Below are positions 7,936-17,006 of a DNA stretch of 24,364 nucleotides, piece by piece (within the stretch, counting starts at the first letter, position 1; each line of letters begins with the position of its first letter). The position numbers and the translations under genes are program-made. Origin of the DNA: Thainema sp. (GTDB taxonomy: Bacteria; Cyanobacteriota; Cyanobacteriia; Phormidesmidales; Phormidesmidaceae); NCBI GenBank assembly GCA_052168235.1, contig JBQLZK010000081.1:1-24364 (forward strand). The letters are read 5' to 3'. Below the pieces are notes generated by a model. That model was not told the origin of the DNA. It made no database searches and saw nothing but the letters and a program-made list of their open reading frames with translations.

Positions 7936-9098
7936 AAATTCTCGTTGCTAGCCATACCTATATCGTTGATTTGAACTGCGAAAAACTGCGATCGCTGGCG
8001 CAGCTTGAACCCGATATTGAAGTCACAGTCGTTGTTCCCAAACGCTGGCGACCGGGCGGCGTCCAAAAAGATATCGTTGAACCTGAGCCACGCAATGAAG
8101 GCGCGTTTCGGATTGTGCCTGTCTCCAACTTCAGCCAAAACAATCAGGGGATGCTCTGCTTTGGTGCCGATTTAATGACGCTTTTGCGAGAGTTTCGGCC
8201 CGATATTATTCAGGTGGAGCAAGGCTCCAAGTCGCTAGCGTATATTGAAACCATCACGCTCAATCGCATTTTGGGCTTGGGTGCAAAGAACGTCTTTTTC
8301 ACCTGGTGGAACTTGCCCTACGACCTCAAGTTTCCCGTGTCGCTGCTAGAAGCCTATAACCTGAAGCATACTGATGGTCTGGTTGTTGGCAATCAGGATG
8401 GTGCTGATATTCTGCGCGATCGCGGTTACACTGGCCCGGTTGCCGTTATGCCCCAGCTAGGAGTTGACGAAGTACTGTTTCGACCAGCGCCACAGCCCGA
8501 ACTCCGCGCTAGTCTAGGCATTCAAGATCACGAATTTGTCGTTGGCTTTGTCGGACGCTTTGTCCCCGAAAAAGGATTGATGACGCTGTGTCAAGCGCTA
8601 GCAGGACTGACCGATCGGCCCTGGAAATGGCTTATGCTGGGTCGAGGGCCACTGAAAGAGAAGTTAACAGCAGCAGCGACTAAAGCCGGAATCTGCGATC
8701 GCATTATTTGGGTCGAGAGCGTTGCTCACGATCAGGTGCCCGATTACATCAACGCAATGGACACGCTGGTGCTGCCGTCTGAGACGGACTTGACGGAATT
8801 TAAAACGCTGACATCAGTAGGCTGGAAAGAGCAGTTTGGTCACGTTCTGATTGAGGCGATGGCCTGCGCCGTCCCTGTCATTGGTTCAGACTCCGGCGAA
8901 ATTCCCCATGTGATTCAAGACGCAGGACTCGTCTTTCCTGAACAAAATGCTGGAGAACTGCGCGATCGCCTGCTGCAACTGATGAACGATACCGAATTTG
9001 CCAACCAAATCGGTCAGCGTGGCTATCAGCGAGCTATGGTTCACTACACTAACCGAGCCTTGGCGAAGCAGCTTTTGGATTTTTATCGATCTTTGTGA
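7932..9098 (+). CDS. hpsO: Glycosyltransferase family 4, HpsO-like
   Basis: N-terminus MKILVASHTYIVDLNCEKL. GT-B motifs GFVGRFVPEKG and EQFGHVLIEAMAC. 4-nt overlap with hpsL. The GT4 call is firm; the hpsO name is from recall. Confidence 0.78.
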   Translation: MKILVASHTYIVDLNCEKLRSLAQLEPDIEVTVVVPKRWRPGGVQKDIVEPEPRNEGAFRIVPVSNFSQNNQGMLCFGADLMTLLREFRPDIIQVEQGSKSLAYIETITLNRILGLGAKNVFFTWWNLPYDLKFPVSLLEAYNLKHTDGLVVGNQDGADILRDRGYTGPVAVMPQLGVDEVLFRPAPQPELRASLGIQDHEFVVGFVGRFVPEKGLMTLCQALAGLTDRPWKWLMLGRGPLKEKLTAAATKAGICDRIIWVESVAHDQVPDYINAMDTLVLPSETDLTEFKTLTSVGWKEQFGHVLIEAMACAVPVIGSDSGEIPHVIQDAGLVFPEQNAGELRDRLLQLMNDTEFANQIGQRGYQRAMVHYTNRALAKQLLDFYRSL

Positions 9099-9100
9099 GT

Positions 9101-9206
9101 GATTTTAGAGTTTGGATTTTAGATTTTGAAACGCTAAGACACAGAATTCGGTTCAATCTAAAATCACCAATCGTCAATCCAAAATCAGCAATCCAAAATC
9201 CAAAAT
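9101..9206. repeat. Heptamer short tandem repeats in two opposing arms
   Basis: GATTTT(A/G)G-like units at 9101-9128 face AATC(T/C)AA-like units at 9156-9206; STRR-type repeats of filamentous cyanobacteria. Confidence 0.8.
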
Positions 9207-9313
9207 AATCTCTGCCCAAAGACACAACCCCACCCAGATTCCTACACCTATAATCTCCGAACGGTAGAATGGATAAGATTATCAGCACCGTATAGCAACT
9301 TTAAAGAAAGACT

Positions 9314-10405
9314 ATGTCCGTACTGGCCGCGATCGCAGTTGTTGCACTTCTGATTTTTGTTCATGAGCTAGGCCACTTCATGGCCGCTCGGCTACAGGGA
9401 ATTCACGCCAATCGTTTTGCCATTGGGTTTGGCCCCATTCTGTGGAAGTATCAGGGCGCTGAAACCGAATATTCCTTGCGAGCGTTTCCCTTGGGCGGGT
9501 TTGTCGGCTTCCCGGATGATGATCCCGACAGCGACATTCCACCCAATGATCCTAACTTGCTGCGAAATCGCCCCATTTTGGATCGCGCCATTGTGATCAG
9601 TGCCGGAGTCGTTGCCAATCTAGTCTTTGCTTACCTTGTCTTCGTCGTCCAGTTTGCAGGCGTGGGCGTGCCGGAATCTTTCAACTACGAGCCCGGCGTC
9701 ATGGTGCCGCAGTTAGTTTCTGAATCCTCCCCTGCGGCTGAAGCAGGTATCCGAGCTGGCGATGTCATCCTGGAAATTGATAGTCAAGAACTCGATGCCT
9801 CCCAACAGGCAATTAAGACCTTTATGCAGGAGATTCAGGATAACCCTGGTGCACCCATCAAAATGGTGGTGCAGCGAGGCAGCCGCCTGTTGCCAGTAAC
9901 GGTCACTCCGACTGTAGAAGACGATGGCGTATCGCGCATTGGTGTGCAACTGATTCCGAATGGTTCCGTTCAGTATCGCAAAGCAGACAACATATTTGAG
10001 ATCTTTACGATGGCAGCGGCTGAGTTTCAGGCGCGGCTGATTGATGTGGTTCAAGGCTTTGTTTCGCTAGCCACGAATTTCTCCCAGGTGGCTAGCCAAG
10101 TTGGTGGTCCTGTGAAAATTGTTGAGCAGGGTGCTGGCCTCGCCGAAAACAATGCAGCCAGCCTGTTTCCCTTTGCCGCAATTATCAGTATCAACCTCGC
10201 CATTATTAACATCCTGCCGCTACCTGCACTGGATGGCGGTCAACTGGCCTTTTTGTTGATTGAAGGACTGCGCGGTAAGCCCCTACCCCAGCGTATTCAG
10301 GAAAACGTTATGCAAACTGGATTGGTGTTACTCCTGGGGTTAGGTGTCTTCCTGATTGTGCGAGATACAACGCAACTGGAAGTATTCCAGCAATTCTTGC
10401 AATAA
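9314..10405 (+). CDS. rseP: RIP metalloprotease RseP (site-2 protease, M50)
   Basis: HELGH zinc motif, GFGP, FPLGGFV, a PDZ segment (SPAAEAGIRAGDVI) and NILPLPALDGG. Confidence 0.96.
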   Translation: MSVLAAIAVVALLIFVHELGHFMAARLQGIHANRFAIGFGPILWKYQGAETEYSLRAFPLGGFVGFPDDDPDSDIPPNDPNLLRNRPILDRAIVISAGVVANLVFAYLVFVVQFAGVGVPESFNYEPGVMVPQLVSESSPAAEAGIRAGDVILEIDSQELDASQQAIKTFMQEIQDNPGAPIKMVVQRGSRLLPVTVTPTVEDDGVSRIGVQLIPNGSVQYRKADNIFEIFTMAAAEFQARLIDVVQGFVSLATNFSQVASQVGGPVKIVEQGAGLAENNAASLFPFAAIISINLAIINILPLPALDGGQLAFLLIEGLRGKPLPQRIQENVMQTGLVLLLGLGVFLIVRDTTQLEVFQQFLQ

Positions 10406-10444
10406 CTGTCTTGCAGTAACTGTCTACCCACACGTCATTCAGTA

Positions 10445-10510
10445 GTAGGGGCGGGTTTTGTTGTTAAATCTTGGGTTCCACCCAGATTGGCGAACAGAAC
10501 CTGCCCCTAC
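10445..10510. repeat. GTAG-family REP-like element
   Basis: GTAGGGGCGGGTT...AACCTGCCCCTAC inverted ends, with a further degenerate half (AAACCCGTTCCTAC) at about 10538-10552. Second copy at 24222-24287. Confidence 0.8.
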
Positions 10511-10594
10511 ACTTGTGAAATGGCAGAAAATATCCAATAAACCCGTTCCTACAGAGAGCTTGTTTTTAGAAGATCTATCAATGACTAAAACACA

Positions 10595-11317
10595 ATGACT
10601 AAAACCCGTCGCGTTTCCAAGAAGCAAAAAGCGCTCGAAATTTTAGTGCGCCTGAAGCGGCTCTATCCAGATGCAACCTGTTCGCTAGATTACGAAACGC
10701 CAGTCCAGTTGCTAGTGGCAACAATCCTCTCGGCTCAATGTACCGATGAACGGGTCAATATGGTCACACCAGCGCTATTTGCCCGATTTCCCACAGCCGA
10801 GGCACTAGCGGTAGCAGACCGGGAAGAACTCGAAACCTTGGTGCGTTCCACAGGCTTCTACCGCAACAAGGCGAAAAATATTCAGGGAGCCTGCCAAAAG
10901 ATTGTGTCAGACTTTGGTGGTCAGGTTCCCAAGACAATGGAAGAATTGCTCACACTGCCTGGTGTGGCTCGCAAAACGGCGAATGTGGTGCTAGCTCATG
11001 CCTTTGGCATTAATGCAGGTGTTACAGTAGACACCCACGTTAAGCGGCTGAGTGGCCGTCTGGGATTAACGAAGAATACTGATCCCAAGAAAATTGAGCG
11101 GGATCTGATGAAGCTCTTGCCTCAAGAAGACTGGGAAAACTGGTCAATTCGGTTGATTTATCACGGTCGAGCAGTTTGTGATGCGCGTAAACCCATGTGC
11201 GATCGCTGTGAGCTAGCCGACCTTTGCACCAGTGTTGATCCTGCCGTCAAGGAACAGCTCCAAGGTAAACGGTACTTGCAACAGCAACTGCAGGATCAGC
11301 TTCAGACATCAACCTAG
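10595..11317 (+). CDS. nth: Endonuclease III
   Basis: LVATILSAQCTDERVN, HhH motif LPGVARKTANVV, VDTHV, and 4Fe-4S motif CDARKPMCDRCELADLC. Confidence 0.97.
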   Translation: MTKTRRVSKKQKALEILVRLKRLYPDATCSLDYETPVQLLVATILSAQCTDERVNMVTPALFARFPTAEALAVADREELETLVRSTGFYRNKAKNIQGACQKIVSDFGGQVPKTMEELLTLPGVARKTANVVLAHAFGINAGVTVDTHVKRLSGRLGLTKNTDPKKIERDLMKLLPQEDWENWSIRLIYHGRAVCDARKPMCDRCELADLCTSVDPAVKEQLQGKRYLQQQLQDQLQTST

Positions 11318-11333
11318 TGCGGTGTCAAGTAAG

Positions 11334-11382
11334 TGTTGATAGTTGATATGCCGCGCTTTGCACGGCATATCAACTATCAACA
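11334..11382. terminator. Long perfect hairpin after nth (probable terminator or palindromic repeat)
   Basis: TGTTGATAGTTGATATGCCG / CGGCATATCAACTATCAACA: perfect 20-bp arms, 9-nt loop, 16 nt after the stop. Confidence 0.65.
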
Positions 11383-11657
11383 TCTACCAAAACATCGAAC
11401 TTCATTTATCGAGTCTCTTTCCAGATCTCTCCAGATCTCTTTTTATGGAAGTGCGTGTTTACCAGAATTTCACTTTTAATCACTATCATTAACGTTCATG
11501 AACAGCTTGATATCGATTTGATATCAGTTTAGTAAGGATAATCGGTTGCTGCGTTGGCTACGGTTTATACCTATTCTGTTCATCGCTGACTTTCCATCCT
11601 GAAAAAGATGTGATAGTCATAGAGACATCGTTTAATGAAGTTTTGTTTGAGGGTTTT

Positions 11658-11996
11658 ATGGCACGATACACGAATCAATTTACGGTATCGACCGCCGAAC
11701 GGGATTTGCAGGCGGCGATTGCAAATACCCTCAGATCTTGCAATCTGAACTTGATTTACGAAACGAACGACTACCTGGTAGCCAAAGAAAAACCAGGCCA
11801 GGTTTCCTATTGGCAGCTGGCGACCATCGAAGTCCTGATCAATTCGACCCAGCGCAGCCGCACAGGCAGTGAGATTGACGTGGACTTAGTCGTCAAAAAC
11901 GAAGAACTGCCGCTCAAGCGCAACAACCACTGTCAACGGGTGTTTGAAGCCGTACGAGATGCGATCGCACAAGCTCCGCCCTGCGCTGCGGTCTAG
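11658..11996 (+). CDS. Hypothetical protein (112 aa), resembling a conserved cyanobacterial family
   Basis: GAGG before ATG 11658 (MARYT...). DYLVAKEKPGQV and LVVKNEELPL..NNHC look like a conserved cyanobacterial family (recall). Confidence 0.8.
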   Translation: MARYTNQFTVSTAERDLQAAIANTLRSCNLNLIYETNDYLVAKEKPGQVSYWQLATIEVLINSTQRSRTGSEIDVDLVVKNEELPLKRNNHCQRVFEAVRDAIAQAPPCAAV

Positions 11997-12128
11997 CTAG
12001 TTTGGTACTGGTAGCATCATTAATTTTCGTTCTCTAGCCCAAAGACAGTCTTAAGACCAACCCTTCTTTAACCCACAGCATACACAATAGCTGTAATGCT
12101 ATAGCTGGAATTACGGGTTGAAATTATC

Positions 12129-14783
12129 ATGCGCCCTATTCGCACGTTTAACATTACGCCCGCTCTACCCTCTCGGTTAGAGCCACTGCGAACTCTTGCC
12201 TACAATCTTCATTGGGACTGGAATAGCACTACGACCGATCTATTCCGCCGCCTCGATCAGGATCTGTGGGAGTCAAGCCGACACAACCCCGTCCTGATGC
12301 TCGGGACGATTAGTCAAACTCGCCTACAGGAAGTTGCCGAAGATGAAGGCTTCATCGCCCACATGGAGCGAGCGGCAGAGCAGCTCGATAACTATCTCAA
12401 TAACCGGGCCTGGTATCGTCGGCATCGGGGTAAGGATACACCGACCGAATGTTATGCTTACTTTTCAGCCGAGTTCGGCCTGACCTCTTGCTTGCCGATT
12501 TACTCCGGTGGTTTGGGGGTTTTGGCAGGTGATCACCTCAAATCAGCGAGTGACTTAGGTTTGCCGCTGGTGGGCGTGGGCTTGCTCTACCAGGAAGGTT
12601 ACTTTGCCCAGTACTTAAACGCGGATGGCTGGCAGCAGGAGCGCTATCCGATTAATGACTTCTACAACATGCCGCTGCATCTGGAGTGCCATCCTGACGG
12701 GTCTGAAATCCGAATTGCAGTCGATTACCCAGGACGTACTGTATATGCCCGCATTTGGCGAGTGCAGGTGGGTACCGTTCCTCTTTATCTGCTGGATACC
12801 AATATTGAGCCGAACAACCAGTACGACCAAGATATTACTGACCAGCTTTACGGTGGTGATATTGATCTGCGCATTCACCAAGAAATCATGCTGGGCGTTG
12901 GTGGTGTTCGCATGTTGGAAGCTCTGGGCCTCAAACCCACTGTCTACCACATGAACGAGGGGCATTCGGCCTTTCTTGCCTTAGAACGCATCCGCATCTT
13001 GATGCAGGAGCAGGGCTTAAGTTTTGAAGAAGCTCTGCAGGTGGCCCATAACAGCCAGTTGTTTACGACCCATACCCCTGTTCCGGCGGGCATTGACCTG
13101 TTCCCGCCCGATAAAATACTGCACTATTTGGGGCAGTATGCCCATCATTTCGGCATCTCGGAAGAAGAGCTTTTATCCCTAGGTCGCAAAGATACGGGCG
13201 ATTTCGCGGCACCGTTTAGTATGGCGATTTTGGCAATCAAGCTGGCTTCGTTCGTCAACGGTGTGAGCAAGCTACACGGCGCCGTTTCGCGGCAGATGTT
13301 TGGTAATCTCTGGGAAGATATTCCGCTGTCGGAGGTGCCTATTACCTCAATTACGAATGGGGTACATGCCCATAGCTGTGTTCACAAAGTCAATCAGGAA
13401 CTCTATGAGCGTTATTTAGGCCCTAACTGGTCGCAAGCTCCAGCCGATCAGGCGCTCTGGTCGCGCATTGATTCTATTCCTGATGAAGAGATGTGGCGGA
13501 CGCACGAGCGCTGCCGGGCTGACTTGGTTGTGTCGGTGCGGGAATGGCTGCACAAGAGCCTGCTGGATCGGGGCGCGTCACCGCTGGAATTAGATCAAGC
13601 GCAAGATGTTCTTGATCCATCAGTCTTTACAATTGGCTTTGCTCGTCGATTTGCTACCTATAAGCGCGCGACTCTGTTCCTGCGGGATACAGAGCGGATT
13701 AAAGCATTGATTAAGGGCGGCGTGGACGGTAAGCGAGTGCAGTTGGTGATTGCCGGAAAAGCCCATCCCAAGGATATTCCAGGCAAAGAGCTGATTCGAC
13801 AGATTATTCACTTTGCGCGTGAAGAAGGCTTGACCCGTTCAATTGTCTTCGTGCCAAACTATGACCTGAATGTGGCGCGTAAGATGGTAGCGGGTTGCGA
13901 TGTGTGGCTGAATACGCCCCGTCGCCCCCGTGAGGCTTCCGGCACCAGCGGTATGAAGGCAGCTATGAACGGCTTACCTAATCTCAGCGTATTAGACGGC
14001 TGGTGGGATGAGGCGGATTATGTCAAAACGGGCTGGCCGATTGGCTACGGTGAAGACTATGACGATCCGGACTATCAGGATGATGTGGAAGCCAATGCCC
14101 TCTACGACCTACTAGAGAAAGAAGTGGTGCCGCTGTTCTACGATCGCGATGCGGAGGGTGTGCCGCGTGGCTGGGTCGAGAAGATGAAGAATGCGGTTCG
14201 GCTCAACTGTCCGCGATTCAACACGTCGCGTATGCTGGCTGACTATGCCACTCGCGCCTACTTCCCGATTAGCGATCGCTGTTTGAAACTGTCGGAGGAG
14301 AACTATACTCCGGCCAAGGAACTGGCGCATTGGCAGTCCCGCCTATTCCAGCACTGGTATGAAATTAAGATTCAAGAGGTTCATATCTTTGAGCCGTCTC
14401 AGATTCAGGTCTATCAGTCGATGAAGGTGCAAGCACACATCACGCTGGATTATATGAGTCCGTCAGATGTACAGGTCGAACTCTATCAGGGGATGGTGGG
14501 CGTTGATGGTGAGATTCACGATGGAGAGGCTGCGCCGATGACCTATGTTGGCCAGTTTGATGGCAATGGTAAAGGTGCATACTGCCTGTATGAAACGGAA
14601 ATTGCCTACAACAGCAGCGGGTTGCAGGGCTTATCGTTACGGGTGATGCCGAACCATCCTTATTTGAGCAGCCCCTATGATCTGCGGCTGGTGTTATGGG
14701 CGCAGCCGGAAACGGTGCAGATTCACTCTCAGGCGGAAGCATCTGCCCAGCCAGCGGCATCCTATGAAACGGCGATGAGCTAA
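12129..14783 (+). CDS. glgP: Alpha-glucan (glycogen) phosphorylase
   Basis: YFSAEFG, YSGGLGVLAGD, HMNEGH, ARRFATYKR, and PLP-lysine motif EASGTSGMK. Confidence 0.97.
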   Translation: MRPIRTFNITPALPSRLEPLRTLAYNLHWDWNSTTTDLFRRLDQDLWESSRHNPVLMLGTISQTRLQEVAEDEGFIAHMERAAEQLDNYLNNRAWYRRHRGKDTPTECYAYFSAEFGLTSCLPIYSGGLGVLAGDHLKSASDLGLPLVGVGLLYQEGYFAQYLNADGWQQERYPINDFYNMPLHLECHPDGSEIRIAVDYPGRTVYARIWRVQVGTVPLYLLDTNIEPNNQYDQDITDQLYGGDIDLRIHQEIMLGVGGVRMLEALGLKPTVYHMNEGHSAFLALERIRILMQEQGLSFEEALQVAHNSQLFTTHTPVPAGIDLFPPDKILHYLGQYAHHFGISEEELLSLGRKDTGDFAAPFSMAILAIKLASFVNGVSKLHGAVSRQMFGNLWEDIPLSEVPITSITNGVHAHSCVHKVNQELYERYLGPNWSQAPADQALWSRIDSIPDEEMWRTHERCRADLVVSVREWLHKSLLDRGASPLELDQAQDVLDPSVFTIGFARRFATYKRATLFLRDTERIKALIKGGVDGKRVQLVIAGKAHPKDIPGKELIRQIIHFAREEGLTRSIVFVPNYDLNVARKMVAGCDVWLNTPRRPREASGTSGMKAAMNGLPNLSVLDGWWDEADYVKTGWPIGYGEDYDDPDYQDDVEANALYDLLEKEVVPLFYDRDAEGVPRGWVEKMKNAVRLNCPRFNTSRMLADYATRAYFPISDRCLKLSEENYTPAKELAHWQSRLFQHWYEIKIQEVHIFEPSQIQVYQSMKVQAHITLDYMSPSDVQVELYQGMVGVDGEIHDGEAAPMTYVGQFDGNGKGAYCLYETEIAYNSSGLQGLSLRVMPNHPYLSSPYDLRLVLWAQPETVQIHSQAEASAQPAASYETAMS

Positions 14784-14812
14784 TCCAAAATCTGCTCATA
14801 AAAACCAGTTTT

Positions 14813-14857
14813 TATTTTTCATGAAAGTCAGGCACAGCTTAACTTTCATGAAAAATA
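14813..14857. terminator. Hairpin downstream of glgP
   Basis: Perfect 16-bp arms TATTTTTCATGAAAGT / ACTTTCATGAAAAATA. A second hairpin GGCCTGTA...TACAGGCC lies at about 14924-14956. Confidence 0.55.
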
Positions 14858-15158
14858 GGCTAGGTTCTGGCTATTTAGATGCGGGATAAGAACGAGCGCT
14901 GCTGAGCAATCAGTGCTGATTTAGGCCTGTAAGGATGCATCGCATTCCTACAGGCCATTTATTTAAGAGCTGCGATCGCAACCCACAACCTATCCTGTTC
15001 CAAAACTTATCCTATTCACGTTTCTTGACGTAGCCAGCAGAAATTGCCTATGACAGAAAAAGATCCATAAACAGCTTATGAAAATAGGAGTTGCTTGAGT
15101 AAGCGGTGTTAGCATCGCGGTTGGTCAAAGCGTTTTGCTTCACCTGTTCTTTTCAGCT

Positions 15159-15214
15159 TTTATGGCAACCTACGGTTTATGGCAACCTACGGTTTATGGC
15201 AACCTACGGTTTAT
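15159..15214 (+). repeat. Perfect 17-bp tandem repeat, 3.3 copies
   Basis: TTTATGGCAACCTACGG x3 plus TTTAT, with no spacers. Confidence 0.95.
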
Positions 15215-15428
15215 CAATCTTTAATTGTGGTGCGGCAGGCCTAATCCTGTCGCTTTATTAAACTAAAGCGTTACTTTCATCAAAATAAGCAGACAGTTAG
15301 CCAAAAGCTAGCGTAGAATCAGGCTGAACTAGAGGATATCGAGTAGGTCTCCCCGATTGATTTGGTTTTCGATATCCTTAATTTCATGTAGCGACTTGCC
15401 CTGTGACGATTCAATCCTTAACTGGTTA

Positions 15429-16844
15429 ATGACTATGCTGAAAATTTCCCATGCTCCGAAGGAACCCATCAAAGGTCTTCAGAAATTTTCGGTGGCAGGT
15501 AGTGCCGATCCGACCTTCGCGGGCAAGCATTTAATTCTCGATATCGATAATCAGCTCAAAATTACAGGGCCGCCTGTGTCTCCAGATGGATTGTGGCAAG
15601 TTGGACTGTCGTTTCAAGAACCTGGTGAACATCATCTTGCGATCGCACTGGGTGCAGAGCGAGTTGAACTCGGCGTTCAGGTTCTTGACAGCAATGGGCA
15701 TGCTGCTGCTGCTCCGCCTCCAGCCAGCTATCGACCTAGCGCCCCACCTCCCGTCGCTTCAGCTCCAGCCACGGCCACAGGTGAACTCACGCTCACACAA
15801 CTGATTGAAGAAGCCCACGAAAAAAACTTTTCCGATGTTCACATTGCGATTGGCAAATCGCCCCATTTCCGCAATCGTGGCTTGATGGAACATACTCCCT
15901 ATCCGCCCGTAGACCAATCGACGTTCTTTCGCTGGTTGCGGGAACTGCTGAAGGAAGACGACATTCGCTCGTTTCAGGAAACCTTAGACTTTGACGGTGG
16001 CGCACAATTGCCCTTCGCCCGCGTCCGGATCAATATCTTTGACACGATTCAGGGATCGGCGATGGTGCTGCGTCTAATTCCGCTGAAGATTCTGACGATT
16101 GAGGAACTAGAGCTACCGCCGGTTTTTAGAGATATTTGCCATCAGCAGCGGGGTTTGGTGCTGGTCACTGGTCCGACGGGTTCTGGTAAGTCCACGACCC
16201 TTGCGGCCATGATGGACTACATCAATCACGAAATGCCCAAGCATATTATTACGATTGAAGACCCGATTGAATTTGTGCATCAGGATGTGAAATCGGTGAT
16301 CAGTCAGCGGGAAGTGGGTACCCACACCCTACAGTTTGAAAAAGCTCTACGGGCTGCGCTGCGGGAAGATCCAGATGTGATTCTAATCGGGGAAATGCGC
16401 GATCGCGAAACACTGGATATTGCGCTCAAGGCATCCCAGACGGGTCACCTCGTTTTGAGTACGCTGCACACCAACAGCGCCGTCAAGACGATTGAGCGGA
16501 TTCTCAACATGTATAACCCGGAAGAGCAGGATGTCATGCGGGTACAGGTGGCTGAAGCGCTGGTGGCTGTAACTGCGCAATCGCTGGTGCGGACAACCGA
16601 TGGCCGTCGCGCCCCCATTCACGAAATCATGATCAATACCGATACGGTACGCGACTACATCATGCGCGGCAATATTGAGGCGGTTGAAGAGATTATTCCG
16701 GATTCGTCGTTCTACGGCATGTGCTCGATGAACCAGTCAATTTATCAGCTGTTTGAATCAGGCCGAATCACGGAAGAAACGGCATTAGAAGCGTCGCCGC
16801 GTCCGAATGAACTTGCGATCATGCTGAAGGGAGGCACGGTTTAG
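15429..16844 (+). CDS. pilT: Type IV pilus retraction ATPase of the PilT/PilU family, PilT2-like, with an N-terminal extra domain
   Basis: Walker A GPTGSGKS, Asp box TIEDPIE, Walker B DPDVILIGEMRD and His box TGHLVLSTLH. The AIRNLIRE motif is replaced by TVRDYIMR. Pro-rich linker. Start at ATG 15429 or 15435. Confidence 0.9.
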   Translation: MTMLKISHAPKEPIKGLQKFSVAGSADPTFAGKHLILDIDNQLKITGPPVSPDGLWQVGLSFQEPGEHHLAIALGAERVELGVQVLDSNGHAAAAPPPASYRPSAPPPVASAPATATGELTLTQLIEEAHEKNFSDVHIAIGKSPHFRNRGLMEHTPYPPVDQSTFFRWLRELLKEDDIRSFQETLDFDGGAQLPFARVRINIFDTIQGSAMVLRLIPLKILTIEELELPPVFRDICHQQRGLVLVTGPTGSGKSTTLAAMMDYINHEMPKHIITIEDPIEFVHQDVKSVISQREVGTHTLQFEKALRAALREDPDVILIGEMRDRETLDIALKASQTGHLVLSTLHTNSAVKTIERILNMYNPEEQDVMRVQVAEALVAVTAQSLVRTTDGRRAPIHEIMINTDTVRDYIMRGNIEAVEEIIPDSSFYGMCSMNQSIYQLFESGRITEETALEASPRPNELAIMLKGGTV

Positions 16845-16905
16845 ACCATAACTACTCCTAATGGTTGAAAATTGTATCATTCGCCACTGAATCCTTGTCC
16901 AAATG

Positions 16906-16919
16906 GTATTTCCTGATAC
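16906..16919. promoter_or_regulatory. Putative NtcA binding site
   Basis: GTA-TTTCCTGA-TAC matches GTA-N8-TAC, 87 nt upstream of the ORF at 17007. The nearest TAnnnT (16946) is at 26 nt rather than the usual 22 or so. Confidence 0.4.
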
Positions 16920-17006
16920 AGAATTTATTTATCACGTTAATCAAGTAGGCTAAACAGTTGCGGCTTGATGGTGCGTGATGTTTGGATTCGAAATTGAGGG
17001 ATTGCA

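Noticed and set aside
15159..15214. CRISPR array
   Set aside because: The 17-bp units abut directly with no spacers, and there are no cas genes.
15357..15428. Track-extended N-termini of pilT (TTG 15357), ribBA (2521), PRT (3222) and the hypothetical at 11610
   Set aside because: The extensions use weak start codons and look non-proteinaceous; downstream ATGs fit the family N-termini better.
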